Below the pieces are notes generated by a model. It made no database searches. It worked only from the letters and a program-made list of their open reading frames with translations, and was not told the origin of the DNA. A stretch of 62,251 bases of DNA, the filler included, from Kipferlia bialata (lineage: Eukaryota), in NCBI GenBank assembly GCA_003568945.1. It is 6 parts of 6 records of this genome, joined end to end, with 100 filler letters (N's around TTAATTAATTAA, not from the genome) between each part and the next. Parts side by side here need not be neighbours in the genome. Positions count along the whole stretch, not along the records: positions 34,004 to 46,045 come from BDIP01001140.1; positions 46,146 to 58,182 come from BDIP01001141.1; 4 more parts are not named here. One strand, given 5' to 3'. The position numbers were made by a program, and so were the translations under genes. Of the stretch, positions 37,101-50,356 are shown piece after piece (positions within the stretch are counted from its first letter, which is position 1; every line of letters begins with the position of its first letter).

Positions 37101-40100
37101 ACGGGTTCAGTGCTGGTGTAGTGGCACTAGATAGCATAGGCTGTGGTCCAGATACCCTTTCCTACCAGCTGGACTGTGTGGAGCCCCCATCCCTGTCTGT
37201 GCGTGTCACCTTCGATGACCCCTTCTGCGGCCCTGTCGAGGGTGCCCTTGTGGTGTGGGAGGACGATGTCTTGATGGAGGGGTCTGTGCGCACCAACGCA
37301 GAGGGTGTTGCCACCTTCGAAGGCTTTGGAAATGTCCCGGGGACTGGAATGCACTATCTACTCGATATTCAGGATGTGACAGGGTATCTCGACATGGGCA
37401 GCACCGATGGATTCGGTCCCTTCCCATGCTGCGGACAAGAGGAGATCAGCCTCTCCCTCCCCTGCTCCTCCCAGGAGGTGTGCTTCACGGTCAGCCCTGA
37501 CTGCGGTGGAGGTCCCCTCATTGGTGCTGTGCCGGTCGAGTTCTACGATGCCGCTGGTGCTTTGATCAACTCGGGCACCTCTCTAGATAGTGGGGAGGTG
37601 TGTGTAGACATCTACGCTCCNNNNNNNNNNNNNNNNNNNNNNNNNNNNNNNNNNNNNNNNNNNNNNNNNNNNNNNNNNNNNNNNNNNNNNNNNNNNNNNN
37701 NNNNNNNNNNNNNNNNNNNNNNNNNNNNNNNNNNNNNNNNNNNNNNNNNGCCGCATCGACCTCGCCCTAGACTGTGGCACCACAACCACCTGTCTGGAGG
37801 TGTGTGACTATGAGTGTCAAACAACTGTGGTGGGTGAGGTGAGGGACTCACACGGTAACCCAGTCTCTGGCGTAATAATTGTCCTCGACGGGAACTCCAC
37901 CGATGCGCCTGAGACAGACGTCAATGGCGCATTCTCCCTCCCCGCCTATGCTGGGACCGACCTTGACATAGTCTTTGTTCCTCCAGTCATTGACCAACTC
38001 GCCGAGATCGCCGAGACGGGCTTGACCATTGCTGACTGTGAGGCATACCTGCTCAACGTCGTGATGCCCTGTGCCACACAGACACTCTGCCTAGACCTCA
38101 GCCTCGACTGCCCTGCTGACCCCATTGCTGGTGTGGACGTGGTGTTGAAGGATGCTTCTGGTAGCGAGGTTGGCATGCTCGTCTCCACAGATACCATAGG
38201 GAATGCATGTTCTGTAATCTATGATCCCATTGTCAACCCTGCCGGTTCCTCAAGTGTACCACTCGAACTCGTGACAGCCGTGTTCTCTATCGATGAGTGC
38301 GACTACGAAAGGGAGGTGTGGCTTGGCTGCGGAGTCACATTGGCGTGTCTTGATGTGTGCGAGTGTGAGGGTGATTGCATCACCTCATTCGCGGGTACTG
38401 TACTCAACTCTGCCGGTGCTCCCATTGAGAATGTGTCGGTCAGTGTAGGAGGCCAGACAGGTTCTACAGATGCTAATGGCAACTACTTCTTCCCCAGTGA
38501 CATGCCAGTTGTCAGCACTGCAGTGCTCTTTACCCCCCCAACAGATAGTGGATACGCCCCCTTCGATACCATTGTTGAGTTTGGAGAGAGCATGTGCACT
38601 GTTTCTCTACTTGATGTGATACTTGACTGTGACATTACACCCGCGGTGTGCCTGACCTTCACAGACGAGTGTGGCATGCTTGTCAGTGGCATCGACGTTA
38701 CGGCCACAGCCACCCCTGGGGAGCCATTCACTGGCAGTACAGGCGGGAACGGGTTTGTGTGTTTCTCGTACGGGGATCTACATGACAGTGACGTGACTCT
38801 ATCCTGGGACAACAGTGGGTACAACGAGTGCGGCTGTCTTGTCACACCCCTCTTCTGCGGCATCCAGGAGTTTGACATCGACCTCACCTGTCGGGAGCGC
38901 GGTCTCCATGTGAACGTCTCCTTGGCTGACCCATACCTGTCACTCAACCCGGTAGAGAATGCGGTTGTCACATGGACAGACGTAGCTGATTCTGGCAACT
39001 CGGGTTCTGCGACGACTAATTTCGAGGGCCTTGCGAGTACATGGACAGCGCTGCCTGCCCCTGGAGTCATGTACAACATTGAGGTCGACATTCCAGTCGA
39101 CTTCGGCATGTTTGATACCTACACCATTCCCAACGGTCCCTTCCAGCTCATGTGCTGTGAGCTCCAAGAGCATGCTGTGGTTGTACCCTGTGGTGGACAG
39201 GAGGTGTGCGTTATCATTGGCCCCTTGTGTGAGGACACCACTGGGTTCTACACCGGGGTCGATGTGTACTACTACCAGCCATGCACCGGAGAACTTCTCG
39301 GTACCTCTGTGACAGGTGACTCATTCGCAACCACTGGGTGTCTCACTCTTCCAGATGGCGACGCGTCCGTACTCAACACCATCGGTATCTCTTACTTCGA
39401 CGACGGTCAACCATACGACGCTATTGTCCCTATCCTCTGTGGCCGTACGGAGCAGTGTTTCGAGGAGTGTGTGCGCATACTCTCTGGTACCGTCACTGAC
39501 TCTGACTCTGGGCTTGGCATAGCAGGGGTGATGGTGACTGTGGAGGGCACAGGGCTAGTTGGGTTCACAGACGCTGCGGGTTTCTACATGATAGAGGGCC
39601 TTGATGAGGACAACTTGTTACCTGGCTACACGATCACATTCTCTAAGGCCGGGTACACCACCGTTATGGTAACTGACGTGCTTATGCCTGAGTGTGCGAT
39701 TGTGGTTGAGGACGTGTCCCTCACCCCAACGGGCACACCTGCTTGCGACTGCGAGATTTCCCTGGAGGACGGTCTGCTGCTGGACCAGGCTGATAACAGT
39801 GAGCTCTGCGGGTATCGCGTAGGATTGTGCATCACTGGCCCAGACGGTGATGGAAACTACGATGTCCTAGTAGAGCTGTACCTAGACGAGAAGGACAACA
39901 GGTGTGGCCTCTCCCACTTCACAGTGGCCAGTAGCGTTGACGGGGCCATCACTAACCCCTACGGATGTGCTGACAACGACCCTTTAACCGGCAACAACAA
40001 CGACGTCGTGTACCTCACAGATCTCATGGAGTACCCTCCCTTGGGTCCCTTTGACACTGGGTTCAAGATGGATGCGGAGACTGGTTGCATTGATGACTTT

Positions 40101-40271
40101 GAACCAGACGGCGGCACAGAGTACGTAATGTTCCAAACCGATCAGCTGATTGACCTCATCATCATCGCCAAGACAGGGGCCGGACATGAGAGCATCAAGG
40201 TCACCATGGACAAGCTGGGGAATGGGACTCTGAACTGCGATATTGTCCCAACCAACAATAACAATGCATAA
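34131..40271 (+). CDS. About 2000-aa Cys-rich acidic protein with tandem carboxypeptidase-regulatory-like repeats; probable paralogue of the gene at 76-7521; 5'-partial
   Basis: Two small exons, then one ~5.8-kb exon (34461-40271, internal N gap 37621-37749). Repeats such as ISGTVTGETGESVPGVDVSI…TTDVNGFYEI and LSGTVTDSDSGLGIAGVMVTV…TDAAGFYMI. TAA at 40269-40271. Confidence 0.8.
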
Positions 40272-41093
40272 TCGCTTGATAGAAGAAGAGTCATAGTAAA
40301 GATGCAACGACGGGCGAGGGGTTGCATTTGGTGAATGTCTCAAACGTCACGTGGATCGATTTACGGAGATAAATAGTCTCAGATAAATGTATTGAGTCAG
40401 AATTAGAGTCGATAAATACTATTTATCGAAATAGTTTTCGATACAGTTATCGATATATATATATCCAATCGAGGGCCGTGCGGCAAGGCCACCTTGCCAT
40501 ACATGTCATGTATCACATATGCCATTTACTATCGATATTCAGAGGTACACGGCCACAACGGCACCGTAAGACACACAACACAGTGTCCGAAACATGTTGA
40601 CTTCGGACTACGCGACTCTAGTGACGAGAGGCTCTCGTCGAGAGCGACTCTCTCTCTCAGGAATGAGGCCTGACATTCAATGACAGGACCCCTTATCAGT
40701 GAATTTCACTGTTAGTCTGACAGTGAGGGTTGCGACTCTCAAGTTGAGAGTTATGTCTTGAGAAATATCGTAATACACATGCATTGTGACACAAACTATG
40801 TTGTAAAAACAGACCAGTGGCTGGCAGCGCAAGTATATATATATGTATAGATGCATACTGTCATGTACGTATTCATGTATGTATTCATATTAGTATATCC
40901 CTTGAGTGCGAGGACAGACCAGATGCTGGCAGCTCTGGTATTTTACATGCGTTGTCATGTCTATCATATCCTATGCATCTCACCCTCAGTCCTCTCCGCT
41001 GTCACTGTCGCTCGCATTCACACCCTCGAAAACTCTCGGCATATCCACTCTCGGCATATCCACTCTAGATATATCCGCTCTAGTCCTATCTGC

Positions 41094-42460
41094 TCACCCC
41101 ATATCCACTCTATCTCTCCTCTCCACACCCTGTCTTTCTCTCCTCCCTACCTCCACTCTCTCTGTCCTCTCCAGAGGAGCGTCATCCGCTCTACCCAGCT
41201 TCCTCTCTCGGTGCAGGTCCCACTCTATCAGGCGCCCCCACCCCATCTGCTCGTTGGGGTAGAGCAGCGACTCGTGCACAGTGTAGTATGACAACACGTA
41301 TCCTCCGCCACTCTCCATGGAATACCCACTCTCACTGTCTTCCCCTCTTACCCTAGCGTCCTCTAGAATCATCGGAACCTCCAGCAGCATGTTGTGGCCC
41401 ACTGGTGCATAGTCCACCACGGGTGCGTTTTGACCCGCCATATTTCCCTCATGCACACCTGGCTCTAAAAAAACCTCAGGGGCCTCCCTCACCCTGGCCC
41501 AGTCCCCACTCACTGTATCATACAGGTGGGTGCCCCCAAGGCACATGAGGCACAGGATGCGGTCGAAGGTCTGGGATAGGCATGACACAGTCACTTACAA
41601 GGAGGGGAATAGAGGCTACTTTGGACTTCAAGAGATGTCAGAAGAATATGACTCACCTGCACACTGAATATCTCTCCAATCTCTGGTATCATATCCTGTG
41701 TTGCCCACCCGTGTCTGATAGAGTACGTCCAGTGCTGACGAGTGAATGGACGGAACACATGGAGCGTCTCGTGAACTACAGAGTGTCTGAGGGGATAGGG
41801 TTCTCTATGGTCCTCCCTATGAAGGAGGGGAGAGGGTCTGATGTCCTTGGTCCACTCATCTGTATCAACCTCGTACAGATATACATCATGGTTGGGGGTC
41901 AGGTTGCCGTGAGGCGTATCGGTATCTCGAAACCGGTAGCCCCCGAACAGCATGAGCATGCCATCAAGTGAGCGTACCCCTGGTTTATCCATGTCTGGCG
42001 TGTCCAGTGTCTGACCGCCGAGAAGGGGGTAGGTCACTCCGTCTGTACCTATGTACTTGGTAGTCCAGGTTGGGTTCTTATCCTCCCTCTTGTCAACGAG
42101 GGTCGATACTGGGTCGTACACACACACACTGGAGATGCCGGAGGTGTGGTAGGCCACCACCCTGCCTCCTATGCATACGACTGGCTCAGTTTCATATGAG
42201 AACCGGTCATACAACTCCATGCACTTTCTGTCGAACACTTCAACCTCCAGTGTTCCGTCTAGATCGAGAGTGGTTCCATCGAGCAGCATGGCCTCCCCAG
42301 GTGGCTCCTGCACCAAGACGCCATAGGGCGGGATGGCCACAGGGCTAGCGCCCTCGCAATAATACTCGGGTGCTTGCACCTCACACTCTTGTTGAGTCAG
42401 GGCCTCATTGGGGGCAGCATGGGCATCAGCGTAACAATAGACACCTCCAGTCTCACTCAT
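41094..42460 (-). CDS. Kelch-like beta-propeller family protein, 2 exons
   Basis: Exons 42460-41657 and 41570-41094. Kelch-type motifs LDGMLMLFGGY…VYLYEVDTDEW, IGGRVVAY…VYDPVS, LYDTVSGDW. C-terminal LLYPNEQMGWG. Confidence 0.7.
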
Positions 42461-42583
42461 GTGGGGAGTCAGGCAGAGGAAGAGACACTCGACTGGGGTG
42501 AGACATAGACGGACGGGGGCGGCGGGGGGGGGGGGGGGGGGGGGGGGGTTGAAGGTCAGAGGAAGAGAAAGAGGGTGGTGTAC

Positions 42584-43550
42584 CTGCTTGTTGAATATGC
42601 CCCTGGCCCTGCTGATGAGCTGGTTGATCTCCTCTCCCTGGGTGTGCTCTACATCACTCTGGATGGCAAGGTTGTACTGGTCCTGAGGGTGAGTACAATA
42701 TGATAGAGAGAGAGACTATTATGCATACATATATATATTCACACACAAATACACACCTTGTGCCTCTTGACCTGTGTCACATCTACGATACATAGAGAGA
42801 CTAATATATACACACATATATATACATATATATCCACCCATATTGTATAGTACCTTGTGCCTCTTGATCTGTGTCACGACTCCGTCAAGCTCGGCAAAGC
42901 GCCTCTCCATGTTCTCAACAATGAGGTAGAACTAGGGGTGAGAGGTGATAGTACATACACAATATGAATGGAAGTCAGGAATGGACAACGATGCATATAT
43001 ATAGATGTCACTCAAGAAACCACGCTGTTGTATCAGAAACCGAGCGCTAGTGTGCAGTGATTGTCGGGTAGGTATTACACAGAGAGACATACAAGAGGGA
43101 CGAATACCAAATACACAATCATACACTATTATGGTAATATTGACACTCAGGCAAGAGCTTTCACCCTTCCACGTCCATCACACACCCAACACAGCCCCAA
43201 TATTCCTAAACACACCCAGTATACTCCGCAGGGGTGGGTAACACTGCCCCAATTTCCCCCCATCCCACCCCTGATACGGTTGCCCCCCTCTATACTCTGA
43301 CAGTGTATGTGTCACTCACCGATGGCATGGTGGCCAGGGGGTCGGAGGACATCGACAGCTCCCCGATGGAGATCTGGGGGATGTCGTTCATGTCCTCTGC
43401 CTCGTTGTCTCCCTCCCTGCCGTCGAGGCGGGCCTCCTGACCATCAGGCAGAACAGGGGGGGATACACGGTAGGCAGGGATAAAAAGAAGACGAAAATGG
43501 GGATAGGGGGAGTCACTCACCTGCCGAAGCTCTGCCAGACGGTCAATCAT
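42584..43550 (-). CDS. Syntaxin (plasma-membrane-type Qa-SNARE), N-terminal Habc part only
   Basis: MIDRLAELRQ start, then FYLIVENMERRFAELDGVVTQIKRHK|DQYNLAIQSD…EEINQLISRARGIFNKQ, matching syntaxin-1-like Ha/Hb helices. No SNARE or TM exon beyond the poly-G run at 42524-42548. Confidence 0.7.
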
Positions 43551-43806
43551 GTCTCAGTGGTGCTGGTATCGGGTAAGAGAGGTGGCTGCTTGCTTCCTTG
43601 GCTTGCCAAACTCTCTAGCGTAAGGGTGCAGTGTTTTTGTCTGTTTTGACCTAGTTCGTGATCTGCCCACCACTCAACTTCTCATTGGCTGAGGCAGTCG
43701 ACCGTACTTACCAGATACCCATGAGTCCTTGATGCAGTCACCAGGAAAACCTATTGGTGCTGATACTGATGCGTCAGAGGATTCTGGTCGCGCTACCTCT
43801 CTTGAG

Positions 43807-45803
43807 ATGTCTGCGAGTGTCGACCCCACCTCCCTGACCCTGCACTCCACTGGGTATGGACATGGCAAGGCCCTCTTCATAGGGGGGTACGCCATCCTTC
43901 ACACACCGTCCTTAGGGCTGGCATTAGGTCTGACTCCCGCATTCAGGTGAGAACAATTATACTTGTGGCAATATGGCTATACAGATGTGTATTATCTACT
44001 CTCAAGCGGCTCTACCTCTACCATCCATTGGTTCTCACTTATGTATATATCCGTATCTTGCTAATAATGGCTCTTTCATCCTCCCCATGACTTACGGTTG
44101 TTGCTATCCTCTCCGACTCACACTGCCTTGTGTCATCCTTCCCTTCACATCCTGCCTCTATACACATACACACTGTCATACCTTATGGATATCCAACACT
44201 GTATGAATGTATATTTTTGCGCTATGACTATGTCTTACGTTCAGATGTGACATCAATGCCACATACACTAAGGGCAATGACAGAGACCCAGCCCCATGTG
44301 TGCATGTCCAGTACACATCGGCAGAGCCCCCCCTCACATGCACTGTGTCTGTCTCCCTCTCTCTGCCCCTTCTGCCGCAGCTGCAGAGTACCATGTGTGA
44401 GGTGCCATTACAGGGTGCAAGTGACACTAGTCCTGTGGAGTGTGTGCCTACCCCAATCTCCCCCTTCCTGGCCCATGGACTGGACATGGTAATAGGGCAC
44501 ATCACTCCCCCGCCCTCACTGTCCCTCTCGTCTGTATCCATTAGAGTCAGACCCACTGTTCCCAACTGCTTCCACCACACACATCCTGCAATGCAGGGCA
44601 ATAAGTGCGTACCGCCTTCTGTCAACACAGAGAGTGAGTGTTCTTCTGTCAAGACCGGTCTTGGCTCCTCCTCTGCCCTGATAGCATGTCTGGCAGATGC
44701 CGCATACAGGATAAGGGGGCAGATATGCCCTACCCTATCAGATGTGGTAGATACACACACACACACCCAGACCACCACCTCTGAGCCTCTCTCCTCTGCC
44801 TTGATGTGTCATAGAGTAGCACAGGGGGGCAGGGGCAGTGGGTACGATGTGGCCACTGCTCTGACTGGTGGGTGTCTACTCATATCCAAGGGGGTGGGTG
44901 CTGATACTCTCCCTCTTGGATGTACTGTCCACCCCTCGGTGGATGTGTGCATGGTGTCAGTGGCAGTATCTACTGGAACTGATACCAATACTCTGTCCAA
45001 TGTGCGTGTGTCGCCTGTGGACACTGGTGTGGATGGGACTGTATCTGTTGGGGCACCCTCTGCTTCCTGTGACACCAGGGTGGCCATGGGAAAGGTGGGA
45101 GTTATATATATATACCGCTACCATAATCAGTATGTGTTCGTTTGTGTTCCTTGATACTGACTCTAGGTCAGGGACCGTGTCCCCCTCCCTGCCATGTATG
45201 CCTACACCCACCTCTGCACCCATGCCACCCATGCAGTCTGTACATTCATCCACACACCCTGCACTGCATCATACACCCATGCCCTCAGTGCTGTATGTGC
45301 CGTCAGAGACTGTATCAAGGGATGGGTGGGGGAGTACCAGGTGGAGGTCGAGCCCAGAGAGGTATATTCCTACTATCTATCCATATATAAACTTGAGTGG
45401 TTTCAATATAGGGCATCTCTTGTGTATATGCCCTCCCTCACCCCCTCAGCTCTCCCCCTTCCTGGATGCTGTCAACACAGAGGGCACACACATGCTCGGG
45501 ATGTGTCCAGGTATCACGTATTCTATAACCAATATATACTGCTACTAGTGTATCTTGACCCCAGGCGCTGGTGGGTGGGACGCAGTGTGTGTCATCACAT
45601 GGGACCCAGCTCATATACAAGGTGAGGGGTCACATGCAGGAGGGACGTGTATAGAAGGGGATGGGCCACACTCTGCCTCTGGTACCAACCCATGCACACC
45701 CACCCTCCTCTCCCTCTGTACCCAGCATGGACTGAGGGCCAGTGTGTTAGAGGGGTGCAGTCTAGATAGGGAGAGAGGGATATCCCTGTTTGTCAATGAC
45801 TAG
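43807..45803 (+). CDS. ERG8: Phosphomevalonate kinase, ERG8-type (GHMP superfamily)
   Basis: Motifs GKALFIGGYAIL, KTGLGSSSAL, HRVAQGGRGSGYDVA and PGAGGWDAVCVI in order across GT-AG exons. TAG at 45801-45803. Confidence 0.85.
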
Positions 45804-46045
45804 AGTCTTGGAGGTGTTTAGTTGGCAAACAGCGGTCTGTATGTGTTCTCAACGTAGGTTGTCACTAGAGGGAATATATGACATCTCTCACTTGTTGTCC
45901 TGGGAGTCAGATCTCCTGCACCACTGATCCACCAAAGTTATAGTAGCGGCATAAGTTGACCGATGTTAGCCTATAACTTATAGAGTCTTTGATCTTTGGC
46001 GGACCCTTAATATTTGGCGGTCCGTAAAAAGTGCTTTTTTGCCCA

Positions 46046-46145
46046 NNNNNNNNNNNNNNNNNNNNNNNNNNNNNNNNNNNNNNNNNNNNTTAATTAATTA
46101 ANNNNNNNNNNNNNNNNNNNNNNNNNNNNNNNNNNNNNNNNNNNN
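46046..46145. other. Artificial scaffold spacer
   Basis: N44-TTAATTAATTAA-N44. Confidence 0.97.
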
Positions 46146-46146
46146 G

Positions 46147-46187
<41 letters not shown>

Positions 46188-46455
46188 CTAGGTGTATGGG
46201 TACATATAATTTCACAGGAACATAGACTGAATGAGTAGTACATTAGGACTGCCACTCATCTCAGCCCCTGCCACTTCACCAGAGACTATATAAATACATA
46301 GATCTCTATATATACATATAGATAGACGTATCCACCAGGACATATGTAGCGTGTATGCCCATCTCTACCCCTGCCCCCTTCATCAGAGACTCTATATACA
46401 TAAATATAGATAGGTATAACAGATGCAGTAGGATACTTGCAGTATATACACTCAC

Positions 46456-47393
46456 CTCTGCCCCTGCCCCCTTCATCAGGTAGTCATCCTCATCATCGTC
46501 ATCTGGGGTGAGATATATACATGGATTGGCAAACATATCAAGGGAGAGAGTAAATAGTGGAAGAGTCAATCGTCATCTGGGGTGAGATACACATTGGGGC
46601 ATATACATGTATATATATATATATATATACAGAGAGAGAGATACACTTTTGAACAGACATCCAGATACAGATGAAGAGAGCACACAAAAGGGGACTGAAA
46701 TCAACATGAATACAGTTGCACTCACAGTGGTGTATGGTAGTCAGATGGCAGGTATAATACTACAACACAGACACAATGGGCGGATATAGGTAGCAAATAT
46801 AGCAAAAACACAATACACAGAGATAGGGAGACCCATAGGCATATATATCATGCACATATACACCTTCTACACCCACCTTCTGGCTCCATCTCCTCCATGG
46901 CGTCGAACCCGTCCAGCACCTTCTCCAGGTCTATCTGGTCCAGGTCTATGATGCCGTCCTCCTCCCCCTCTGCCCCTCCCTCAACCTCCATCCCATTGTC
47001 CTCCTCGTCTGTCGACAGCAGCTCAGGGTCAATCTCTCCCTCATCCTCCTCCTCCTCGTCGTCTGTCTCCCCTGTGATGTACTGCCCCTCGTCCATATCA
47101 CTCATCTCCTGCCCCTCCTCCTCTGCAGTCCTCTCAGCAATCTCATCCACAACCTCCTTCAGGGAGTCGTTAGACATCTCAATCTGGGACCAGACCTGCT
47201 CAAAGTGCAGCCCCTCCGTAATAAGCTCGGGCATGGGGGGTGTGGTGTGGGGATAAGTGGCGAAATGGTCGTAGAACTGCTTTGTGAGGCCCATGAAGGT
47301 CGAGGCGAGCTCAGCGCCATCTACCTCAGCCCCAATCAGTGCAGATGCCTGCTCCTCACACTGAGTGAGCAGAGCATCAATCTGGGCGTCCAT
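46456..47393 (-). CDS. MPP10: U3 snoRNP protein Mpp10, N-terminal part; 3'-partial at scaffold end
   Basis: PMPELITEGLHFEQVWSQIEM matches the Mpp10 P(L)xxLxxxGFDxEQIWQQ motif and is followed by the typical acidic tract. Exons 47393-46877 and 46502-46456. Confidence 0.75.
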
Positions 47394-47527
47394 AGCTGCC
47401 TCAACTCCAGCTCTGAAGATGCGAAGAGGGAAGAGTTGTTTTTGAGTCGGGTTGACTGCACCCTTTCTTACTGGCCTACACCCTTACACCCCAAAGGTGT
47501 TTGCCTTCTTCTCTCAAGCCCAGAGCA

Positions 47528-48395
47528 ATGCCAAGAGGCCAATTCAGGGGACCTGTGACCAAGGAGATCAGGGAAAGGTGCGTGTCAGTGTCAAATAATA
47601 GCTGTCTTCTATATGAGTTTTGTTTGGAACATTCGCAAACGTCCATTTTCCCATTCTCAGTTGGTTTTACCCTGTTCCCGTCCTCATAGAGTGATATTTC
47701 TCGGTCTAAAGGCAGTAGTATGGGGTCCTATGCATAATGTGACATGTCATTAGTGTTTTAGAAGCATAGGTTTGCATATTCGACTCCCTGTCTTCATCGC
47801 CCTGACCCCAGGTTAAAGACTGGCAACCTCTTTTCCCTTGAGGAGCTGAGGGATGCCATGCAGCATGTGGTGAGGTCCATAGGAGTCGATGCCAAGAAGG
47901 ACTTTGAGCAGCTGTTCCACCTGGAGAGTGTGTACAAGGTATTTGAGTACTCAATACATTATTATTGCATTACATTACCTACATTCACCCTGTATAGTAG
48001 TCTCTTCACATCTCCCCACCCTTCTCTACACTGCAATGTACCTCCAGTGGTCATCCCTCTCGCAGCAGGATCCATTTGCTACTGGACTGGCAACGCAAAC
48101 ACACACTCTGTATTGTTCTCACTCCCTTCTCCTTTCATTTATATCCCTCCCCCACGCTTACCCTAGGACCTCTTTGCTACTGAGCAGCCCCCCCAGCTCT
48201 CTCTCTCTATATATATAAGTATATCAAGTTGTATGTGTCTCTAACATATCAGGACCTCTTTGCCACTGAGCAGCCCACCCTCTCCTGTGTCTCTCTCTAT
48301 ATATGAGTATTCATATGAGTTATTCTTTGTTTTTGTATATGCCTAGTACTTAGCGTCAGGACCTCTTTGCCACTGAGCAGCCCACCCTGTCCGGC

Positions 48396-48427
<32 letters not shown>

Positions 48428-49369
48428 TCTTTCTCTCTATCTCTATAAGTATATCAAAGTTGTATACGTCTCTAACATGTCAGGACCTCTTTGCCACTGA
48501 GCAGCCCACCCTCTCTCTCTCTCTCTCTCTCCCCCCCCCATCTTTCTCTCTATAAGTATATCAAAGTTGTATATGTCTCTTACATGCCAGGATCTCTTTG
48601 CCACTGAGCAGCCCACCCTGTCTGGCCCCTCTCTGGTCAGGTCCAATGAGGAGTACACTAGCACAATACAGAAGACAGTCGAGCAGCTGGAGGTATGTAT
48701 ATACATGTATATACACATATAACAATCTAGTTATGATACATTTCCAGTAATTCCCCCCTACCTCCCTCCCCCCGACCTCAGGCTGGAATAAACACCAGCA
48801 TGAACATATACTTATGTACTGTTCATACTACATATTCTCCTTTCTCTCCTTTCTTTTATGTCCTCACCCCAGGTTGGAGTCAACACCAGCATGAGGGGTA
48901 GCAGATCAGGGGCAGGATACCAGGTGAATATATGTGGATATTCCTACTATTATACACCTTCTCTACGTCATATAGTGTGTTGCATATACTATTTCATACT
49001 CAAATGAAAGTGTACTGTGGTAATTTCTCTGTTGTACCTTACCCCCAGGAGGTTGTGATTGAGCTGCACCGTGCCCTTCTCAAGCTCACTAGCACAGCCC
49101 TGGCACAGAGGCAGGACAGACAGGCGGTGATTGAGGTATGTATATTGGATATGTATTTATATATATAGAGAGAGAGAGAGAGTATGTATCAGCACAGCCC
49201 TGGCCCAGAGGCAGGTTAGACAGGCAGTGATAGAGGTATGTTCAGTGTATGAGTAATTAGCATTCCTATATGGAGGGACTAATTCCCACCACAGGCCATG
49301 TTCTCTGACCTTGAGTCCCGGGGTGTCTCCAGGGACAAGCTGCCAGAGCCCCTCCCACTCCAGCTCTAG
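47528..49369 (+). CDS. Hypothetical helical protein of about 170 aa, 6 exons
   Basis: MPRGQFRGPVTKEIRER|LKTGNLFSLEELRDAM…VYK|DLFATEQ…QLE|VGVNT…YQ|EVVIELHRALL…VIE|AMFSDLE…LQL* joins in frame. Confidence 0.65.
48167..48620 (+). repeat. Exon-echo array, acceptor type, 5 copies
   Basis: agGA(C/T)CTCTTTGC(C/T)ACTGAGCAGCCC repeated at about 48167, 48253, 48360, 48485 and 48591 (the real exon). Confidence 0.9.
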
Positions 49370-49830
49370 GGAGAGAGAGAGAGAGAGAGAGAGAGATTCT
49401 TTAAGACACAACTCTGAGATATTGTGGGAGAGTGTGTTGGTCTTCTGTCGGCCCCATCCATTGTGAGAAGTGTGTGTGTGTGTATCTCCTATATAGTGGC
49501 GGGTCGACAACCATGTAAATTGTACTGATATCAAGAAGAGTTTGGTTCCTCTAATTGTTGAATGCCTCATTCGAGATTAATGGACACATACCTCAAAGAT
49601 TATGAATATGTATATATATGCGTGTGTATATATAGCTGGCCAGTAGCCCTCCTACGGTAGCGAGTGGGGAATCGACAGTGAGCGAGATGCGACGTTTCAA
49701 ACGGTCGGTGGGAGCCCATGCTTTCTGATGTCTCTAGCCAACACTTTCCATTGACCCTGACAACTTGTCAAACCACACCCTTGACTGATACTGATCAGAT
49801 CACCCATAAGAGACACAAAGGACTAGATAG

Positions 49831-50169
49831 ATGTCCGTGTCACCCGTGAGAGTGCTGCACAAGGGGCTGGGGTGAGTATGAGTATAGTATGTGTGATAGT
49901 ATCCGTTGTAGTTGGTGTGTGTGTGTAGTTAGTCTATATACTAGATAGCTGCACAAGGGGCTCGGGTGAGTGACATCCACTTATCCTACCTCTCCCCCTT
50001 GTGTTTCCTTACTCCCTCACTACACCTCACTGTGGTCACTCAATACACTCACCCATTCTCTCTCTCTCTCTCTCATTGTCCCTATCTCTCTCCCCTTTAC
50101 CCCAAGCCCCCTTGCCCCCCTCACTGTGGCCATGTTATTCAACACAGGGTCAATGCTGGAGTCGCCAGG

Positions 50170-50215
<46 letters not shown>

Positions 50216-50323
50216 GTCTCGTTCTCCTTATGCTATTCAACACAGGGTCAATGCTGGAGTCACCAGGTGTTGTGTCTATCAAAGCTCTCATATCTATATC
50301 TCTCTCCCATCCCACTCAACATG

Positions 50324-50356
<33 letters not shown>

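Noticed and set aside
47528..49369. Med7-like assignment for the small helical protein
   Set aside because: Resemblance too weak to support by eye.
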